NCBI GenBank assembly: GCA_964513235.1
Contig: CAZEMI010000295.1
Span: forward strand, 2,390 to 66,389
Source of the DNA: an uncultured Acidobacterium sp.
GTDB taxonomy: Bacteria > Acidobacteriota > Vicinamibacteria > Vicinamibacterales > UBA2999
DNA: 64,000 bases
Reading direction: 5' to 3'
Below the pieces are notes generated by a model that was given only the letters and a program-made list of their open reading frames with translations, did no database searches and was not told where the DNA came from. Shown in pieces: positions 58,874 through 64,000 of the stretch. The position numbers and the translations under genes are program-made. The stretch's first letter is position 1. Each line of letters begins with the position of its first letter.

Positions 58874-60340
58874 TTACCGGGTCATGGAGCGTTCAGCGGA
58901 CCCTGAGTAGTTGATGAAAACGGTCTTCAACTCCGTAAAAAAGTTCAGACCCTCTTCCGCCATCTCGCGCGCCCCGACGCCCGTCGATTTCGTCCCACCA
59001 AACGGCAGCTGTGCTTCGCCGCCGACCGTGGGCTCGTTGACGTGGACCATCCCGACCTCGACATCCTCGACAAACCGCATCACCGACGTGATGTCCGACG
59101 TGAAGATCGACGTAGTGAGGCCGTACTCGACGGCGTTGGCGAACTTCAGTGCTTCATCGAGCGACGAGGCGGTGGCTACCGAAAGGACGGGTCCGAAGAT
59201 TTCTTCCTTGAAGATGCGCATCGCCGGCGACACGCCGTCGAAAATGGTTGGCTCGATGAAGAACCCCTGCGACAGCGCGTCCGGACGCGTGCCACCGGTG
59301 ACGAGCCGGGCGCCTTCGCCCTGTCCCACCTTGATGTAGTCCATCACCGTTTTCCATTGGCGATCGTCCACCGAGGGTCCCATGTCGGACGAGTCGCTGA
59401 GCCCGGGACCCAGGCGAATCTTCTTCGCTGCCGCCACCAGGCGCTCGAGCAGCGCGTTCTTGATATCCGGGTGCGCGATCACGCGCGAGGTGGCGGTGCA
59501 GCGCTGTCCGGTGGATCCGAACGCGCCGCCGTGAATGGCGGTGGCGGCCTTGTCGAGATCCGCGTCGGGCAGCACGATCACCGCGTTCTTGCCGCCCATC
59601 TCGCAGGTGACCTTCGCGCCCCGCCTGGCCGCCTTCACGTAAAGCTCGCCGCCGATCTTGTTCGAGCCTGTGAATGAGATGGCGCGCAGCTCCGGTGCGT
59701 TCACCATGGCCTCGCCAACTTCGGATCCGCTGCCGACCAGCATGTTGAAGACGCCCGGAGGCAAGCCGGCCTCTTCATAAATCTCGGCCAGCAGAATTGA
59801 GGTGGCCGGCGTGAGCTCGGCGGGCTTGAACACCACGCAGTTGCCCGAGACGATGGCCGGCGCGCTCTTCCACACCGGAATCGCCCACGGAAAATTCCAC
59901 GGTGCGATCAGTCCCACCGCGCCAAGCGGCTGGCGGATGGTGTAGGTGAAACAGTCGCGTGATTCCGACGGCAGCGTCTTGCCGTGCATCCGGAACCCTT
60001 CGCCCGCGTAGTACTCCAACAGCGAAATCCCCTTCAGCACCTCGCCGCGCGCTTCCTTGAAGATCTTCCCTTCCTCCCGCGTCAGTGTGCGCGCGATCTC
60101 CTCGACACGGCGGCGGGCGATGTCGGCGGCGCGCCACAATACGCGCCCGCGCTCGGGGCCCGGAGTTTTCTTCCACGCCGGGAACGCCGCGACGGCGGCG
60201 TCGATGGCGAGCCGGACATCAGCGGCTGTCGCGAGCGGATACTCGGCAATCACATCACTGGTGTCGGCAGGGTTGATGTTCTTGGAGATCTTTTTGGAAG
60301 CGGGCTGGTGCCATTTCCCATTCACGTACGAGCTGTTCAT
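58874..60340 (-). CDS. NAD(P)-dependent aldehyde dehydrogenase family protein
   Basis: 488 aa. ..APWNFP.., ..FTGS...G.., ..ELGGKN-like (CEMGGKNA).., and the catalytic Cys context ..GQRCTA... Confidence 0.9.
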   Translation of the reverse strand: MNSSYVNGKWHQPASKKISKNINPADTSDVIAEYPLATAADVRLAIDAAVAAFPAWKKTPGPERGRVLWRAADIARRRVEEIARTLTREEGKIFKEARGEVLKGISLLEYYAGEGFRMHGKTLPSESRDCFTYTIRQPLGAVGLIAPWNFPWAIPVWKSAPAIVSGNCVVFKPAELTPATSILLAEIYEEAGLPPGVFNMLVGSGSEVGEAMVNAPELRAISFTGSNKIGGELYVKAARRGAKVTCEMGGKNAVIVLPDADLDKAATAIHGGAFGSTGQRCTATSRVIAHPDIKNALLERLVAAAKKIRLGPGLSDSSDMGPSVDDRQWKTVMDYIKVGQGEGARLVTGGTRPDALSQGFFIEPTIFDGVSPAMRIFKEEIFGPVLSVATASSLDEALKFANAVEYGLTTSIFTSDITSVMRFVEDVEVGMVHVNEPTVGGEAQLPFGGTKSTGVGAREMAEEGLNFFTELKTVFINYSGSAERSMTR

Positions 60341-61848
60341 CAGGCGGCCATCTTATCCGAACGAGCCTGCGCGTTTCTCCCCATGAGGACGAGGTAGATA
60401 ATCGCGCTGAGCGTGAACGTCACGAACCATGCGTAGGTATAGAGGTGATCGAAGAAGGTCGGATTCGGCACCACGCCACCTGGCGTCATCGCCGCGCGCG
60501 CGAATCCCGGAACCACCGGCAGGATCGACACGACCAACGCGATCATCGCCTTGCCATTGACGCCGCCGCGGTAACTGTAGCGGCCGTCGAGCTTGAACAG
60601 ATCCGGCAGCGACAACTCCTGGCCGCGCAGGAGCCAGTAGTCGGCGATCAGGATGCCGCCGACCGCGCCCATCAGGCTCGAATACCCAATCAGCCACGTG
60701 AAGATGTACGCAGCTGCATCCGCGTAGAGCTTCCACGGCATCATCACGATGCCGAGTGCGGCCGTGATCAAACCGCCGGTGACGTAACTGATCTTCGTCG
60801 GCGCGAGGCTCGAAAAATCATTCGCCGGTGAGACCACATTCGCGGCCATGTTGGTCGTGATCTGCGCCGCAAGAATCACGAGCGCGCCGAAAATGACGAC
60901 CGTCGGGCTACCGATGCGCGCGATCAGCACCACCGGATCCCAGACCGCTTCGCCGAAGATCACGATCGTCGCGCTGGTCACCGCCACGCCCAGAAACGCA
61001 AACGCCGTCATCGTCGCCGGCAATCCCAGGGCCTGGCCCAGGGCTTGTGAGCGCTGCGACTTCGCGTAACGCGTGAAGTCGGGAATGTTGAGGCTTAGCG
61101 TCGCCCAGTAGCCGACATTGGCGGTCAGCGCCGCGGGAAACAACGTCCAGAACGGTGTGTTGCCCTGCTGCAGCCTTGGCGCTTCGGAGAGAATGCGGCT
61201 CAGCCCGCCGCCGTTGTTGATCGCCCAGATCAGCAGCGCCACGCCGCCCCCGAGTAGCATGGGCGCCGACCAGCTCTCGAGCAGCTTGATGCCTTCGAGG
61301 CCGCGAATGATGATCGCGACCTGCACCAGCCAGAAGATCGCCAACGAAATCCAGATGCCGCCGGGGACGTTCGCCCAGCCACCCCACGCGGCGACCAGCA
61401 GCGTTTGCAAAGCGAGCGCGCCGATCCAGGTTTGGATGCCGAACCAGCCGCAGGCCACGATCGCGCGCAGGATCGCCGGCACGTTGGCGCCCTTGACGCC
61501 GAACGCCGCGCGGCAGAGCACCGGAAACGACACGCCGTACTTCGTGCCGGCGTGGGCGTTGAGGATCATCGGAACGAGGACGATGGCGTTGCCGAGGAGG
61601 ATGGTGACGAGGGCTTGCGACCACGTCATGCCTTGCTGCATGAGTCCCGAGGCGAGCGTATAGGTGGTGATCACCACGCTCATGCCGATCCACAGCGCCG
61701 CGATGTGATACGTGGACCACGTCCGGCTCGCTAGCGACGTGGGTGCGAGGTCGGGATTCCAGAGTGGGCTGGAGGAAACGTCTTCGGTCAGTTCAACGAA
61801 ATCGTGCCGGGAGGACGGCTCGTTCGAGTGGTGCCGGGAGGACGGCAC
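60340..61848 (-). CDS. NCS1-family nucleobase/hydantoin/allantoin:cation symporter
   Basis: ..NPDLAPTSLASRTWSTYHIAALWIGMSV.. and 12 TM segments. The track start is a GTG at 61848; an alternative GTG (VELTED..) lies further in, so the start is uncertain. Confidence 0.85.
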   Translation of the reverse strand: MPSSRHHSNEPSSRHDFVELTEDVSSSPLWNPDLAPTSLASRTWSTYHIAALWIGMSVVITTYTLASGLMQQGMTWSQALVTILLGNAIVLVPMILNAHAGTKYGVSFPVLCRAAFGVKGANVPAILRAIVACGWFGIQTWIGALALQTLLVAAWGGWANVPGGIWISLAIFWLVQVAIIIRGLEGIKLLESWSAPMLLGGGVALLIWAINNGGGLSRILSEAPRLQQGNTPFWTLFPAALTANVGYWATLSLNIPDFTRYAKSQRSQALGQALGLPATMTAFAFLGVAVTSATIVIFGEAVWDPVVLIARIGSPTVVIFGALVILAAQITTNMAANVVSPANDFSSLAPTKISYVTGGLITAALGIVMMPWKLYADAAAYIFTWLIGYSSLMGAVGGILIADYWLLRGQELSLPDLFKLDGRYSYRGGVNGKAMIALVVSILPVVPGFARAAMTPGGVVPNPTFFDHLYTYAWFVTFTLSAIIYLVLMGRNAQARSDKMAA

Positions 61849-61915
61849 TTTAGTGCCGTCCCTCTGTGGCGCGTCCCTCTGTGGCGCGTCCCTCGGCCGC
61901 GTATCCCTCGGCGTC
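61804..61915. repeat. Short tandem and inverted repeats straddling the PreA-like stop / NCS1 start junction
   Basis: gtgccgggaggacggc occurs twice (61804, 61831). gtccctctgtggcgc occurs twice (61858, 61873), followed by two degenerate copies. The left and right sets are mutually complementary (gaggacggcac / gtgccgtccctc). Confidence 0.8.
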
Positions 61916-62989
61916 GTGCCCGCCGTGGTACTCTTTGCCTTCGGGCCGCCGAATCTGCGAGTGCACCACCACGTTGCCGCGGCGCATCCCCCGGAAATCC
62001 TCGATCGATCGGTAGCCGCGCTTCTCCATGAATTGCTGCATCCCCTCGATCAGCGTTTTGATCACGTTGGGGCCGATCGCGCGATCGAGCATCGCCGCCG
62101 TACACACTTGCACCGTGCCGCAGCCGAGCAGCATGTAGTTGAGCGCGTGGGCGAAGGTGCTGACGCCGCCAATGCCCGAGAAAGCCTTGTCGGGAAACGC
62201 GTTGGTCAGCTGCGACATTTTCGCGAGCGACTGCGGAAGAATGGCCGGGCCGCCGAGGCCGCCGCTCGAGACGAGCCCGTCGACGTTCATCTCGAAATCG
62301 AGCGTCTCCGGATCGATCAACGGCAGCGACGGGAAGGTGTTCGACGACACGATCGCATCCGCGCCGCCGCGGAACGCCGCCGCCGCTTCTTCGACGATGT
62401 CGGTCGTCGAGGGCGTGAGCTTGGCCCACACCGGGACCTTGGCCACTTCCTTCACGACCTCGGTGACGATCGACACCTGCGCCTGGTCTTTGCCGATGTT
62501 GGAGCCCATGTCCTTGCGATCCATGTGCGGGCACGACAGGTTGAGCTCGAACGCGTCGGCGCCCTCGTCTTGACACGCCTTCGCCAGCGTCTGCCAGTGC
62601 ACGAGCTCCTTGTCGCTGCCCGAGCCCGCCATGATCGACGCGATCAGCATGCGATCGGGATACGCCTTCTTGATGCCGGCGATCTTCGGGATCCACCAGT
62701 CGAGCGGCTTGTCGGAGATGAGCTCCCAGTTCCACGACGAGTGCAGCGCCGTGTCGGGCCGCTTCTGCATCGACAGCTGGCCGTCGAGCGTCGAGCGCAG
62801 GAACTTGGTCTTCGGCCCCGCGACGTTGGTCACCGGGTGAAGGCCGATGGTCTTGGTGACCACGCCGCCCCAGCCGGCGTCGAACGCACGCATGATGTTG
62901 CTGTCAGATTCGGTGGGCGGCGCCGAAGACAGCAGGAACGGGTTGGTGAACTTCAGGCCCGTGAACGTGACCGAGATGTCCGGCGTCAT
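61850..62989 (-). CDS. Dihydropyrimidine dehydrogenase PreA-like subunit (dihydroorotate dehydrogenase-like TIM barrel), lacking a ferredoxin-type tail
   Basis: ..LKFTNPFLLSSAPPT.., ..ELNLSCPH.., ..VWAKLTP.., ..SSGGLGGPAI.. motifs. The C-terminus ends in a repetitive AEG(Y/R)A(A/T) tail. Confidence 0.85.
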   Translation of the reverse strand: MTPDISVTFTGLKFTNPFLLSSAPPTESDSNIMRAFDAGWGGVVTKTIGLHPVTNVAGPKTKFLRSTLDGQLSMQKRPDTALHSSWNWELISDKPLDWWIPKIAGIKKAYPDRMLIASIMAGSGSDKELVHWQTLAKACQDEGADAFELNLSCPHMDRKDMGSNIGKDQAQVSIVTEVVKEVAKVPVWAKLTPSTTDIVEEAAAAFRGGADAIVSSNTFPSLPLIDPETLDFEMNVDGLVSSGGLGGPAILPQSLAKMSQLTNAFPDKAFSGIGGVSTFAHALNYMLLGCGTVQVCTAAMLDRAIGPNVIKTLIEGMQQFMEKRGYRSIEDFRGMRRGNVVVHSQIRRPEGKEYHGGHDAEGYAAEGRATEGRATEGRH

Positions 62990-63055
62990 AAGCGCGGATT
63001 ATAAGGGCTTGAGGTCCTGAGGGCTTGAGGTCCTGAAAGCCAAGCCCTCAAGTCC

Positions 63056-63636
63056 TCAGGTCCGCAAGCCCTGGGCGAAGCAGAAGGGATGCCCACGATT
63101 CCGGCAGACATATTCGACGTAACCGCCGCGTTTAGCCATGAAGTGGCTGAAGTGGCCTGAAACCACGCAAATCATGGGGTGGCGGATCTTCTGCGTATGA
63201 TCCGCCGAAGCGCCTTGCGCGAAGGCGGACAGCTCCTTCAGGAACGAGTGGCCGCAGAAACACGCATACTCCTCGAACCCGTCCCGCGTGGTCACGTGAC
63301 GTACGCGGTGGCCGAAGAGCCCGCAGAGATACCTCACCTTCTTCTTGAACGTCGTGGTGGGCGCGTAGGGATCATGGTCGGCTGGAAACAGCAGCGGATG
63401 CCCGCACTGCGTGTCACGTATTCGTGACAGCCGTCCCGGTCGGCCAGCTTCTCGTAGTGGTGCTTGCCGAGGAAGCACGACAGCGTAGGCCGCACGCGGG
63501 TGATCGACCGGTCCTCGGCGAGGTAGCGACTCCCGCAGCGGCACCGCCGCTCGCGGCTGTCCGCCTGCTTGAACACGTGGTTGTCGACGTGATGTCCCCA
63601 GAGCGCGCACGACCGTTTTTGCAGCTGAGCTCCCAT
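63056..63636 (-). pseudogene. Cys/His-rich protein built from four C-x3-G(H/K)...EY.C..CGH-type repeats, interrupted by a frameshift near 63405-63418
   Basis: ORF 63334..63636 carries repeats 1 and 2a. ORF 63056..63610, in another frame, carries repeats 2b, 3 and 4. The repeat pattern continues exactly across the frame switch (..DGCHEYVTR | QCGHPLLF..). Confidence 0.45.
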
Positions 63637-63685
63637 AACATTCCCCTCTATTCCGGAATGTGCAAAATCCCCTCCGACCGGCTCA

Positions 63686-63869
63686 TTTCGCTAAGTTGGG
63701 GTCAGACTGCGATTTTTAGCGAAACGCTAAGTTGGGGCCAGACTGCCCCTGGGAATCTTGGTTGCGCGGGCCGACAAAAATGCAAGAACCGAAGCCTGAC
63801 CCCGGCTCGGAGTCTGGCCCCGGCTTAGCGAAACGCTAAAAATCGCAGTCTGACCCCGGCTTAGCGAAA
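63686..63869 (+). ncRNA. 184-nt extended hairpin element (36-bp + 20-bp stems, symmetric AAA/AAA internal loop, 66-nt apical region) in the hydantoinase leader; could be a structured RNA or a REP/MITE-like element
   Basis: 63686-63721 pairs with 63834-63869, and 63725-63744 pairs with 63811-63830. The only four non-Watson-Crick positions are T:G, which are G-U wobbles only in the plus-strand transcript. Confidence 0.45.
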
Positions 63870-63890
63870 TCGAAATATAGTTGGCGAGCC

Positions 63891-64000
63891 ATGAGCATGC
63901 TGATCAAGAACGGCCACGTCGTCACCGCGACAGACGACTACGTTGGCGATGTGTTCATCGAGGGCGAAAGGATCACCACGATTGGATCGGCCCTCTCTAT
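63891..64000 (+). CDS. Dihydropyrimidinase / D-hydantoinase (5' partial, continues beyond the window)
   Basis: MSMLIKNGHVVTATDDYVGDVFIEGERITTIG.. is the typical N-terminus of cyclic amidohydrolases, and the genomic context (PreA-like, NCS1) agrees. Confidence 0.6.
   Translation, partial: MSMLIKNGHVVTATDDYVGDVFIEGERITTIGSALS

Overview
This is a high-GC bacterial chromosome segment. The gene content (a duplicated MacB/FtsX 'ADOP'-type permease, an ECF sigma factor, and a Ser/Thr kinase with TolB-like propellers) suggests an Acidobacteriota- or Gemmatimonadota-like organism; that placement is inference only. I saw no rRNA, tRNA, CRISPR array, integrase or transposase.

Layout:
- (1) 1-3.7 kb, housekeeping genes: queD-like, an ABC permease and a VOC/glyoxalase gene.
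- (2) 3.7-58.2 kb, a block bounded by imperfect direct repeats. Both repeats carry the 3' end of the VOC gene plus the start of a small membrane-protein gene.
  - Contents: a PIN-toxin pair; a 5,920-aa secreted beta-helix/Ig-repeat protein; a 963-aa miniature paralogue of it; and an ECF sigma gene translationally coupled to a transmembrane Ser/Thr kinase.
  - Also: a 186-aa secreted protein; a 2,117-aa kexin-like S8 protease fused to many Ig-like repeats; a ~19.4-kb Wzx/Wzy-type polysaccharide operon (wza/wzc-like, flippase, about 9 glycosyltransferases, WecA-like initiator, ligase/polymerase-like proteins); and an orphan PstS-like gene.
- (3) 58.2-64 kb: decayed gene fragments and a reductive pyrimidine/hydantoin catabolism cluster (aldehyde dehydrogenase, NCS1 permease, PreA-like dehydrogenase, hydantoinase start).

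The main hunting result is a fixed-geometry bipartite motif, GTTCGY-N14-GCGTTT.
- It occurs nine times. Every copy is intergenic, points at the adjacent gene, and lies inside the repeat-bounded block.
- It sits in front of the giant protein gene (three copies), its mini paralogue, the protease gene, the polysaccharide operon, the toxin-antitoxin pair, a small secreted ORF, and the gene string that contains the ECF sigma and kinase.
- I interpret this as a candidate self-contained sigma/kinase-controlled cell-surface regulon.

Limits: all family names come from reading motifs in the translations, with no database search. Sub-gene domain boundaries are approximate (about +/-30 nt).
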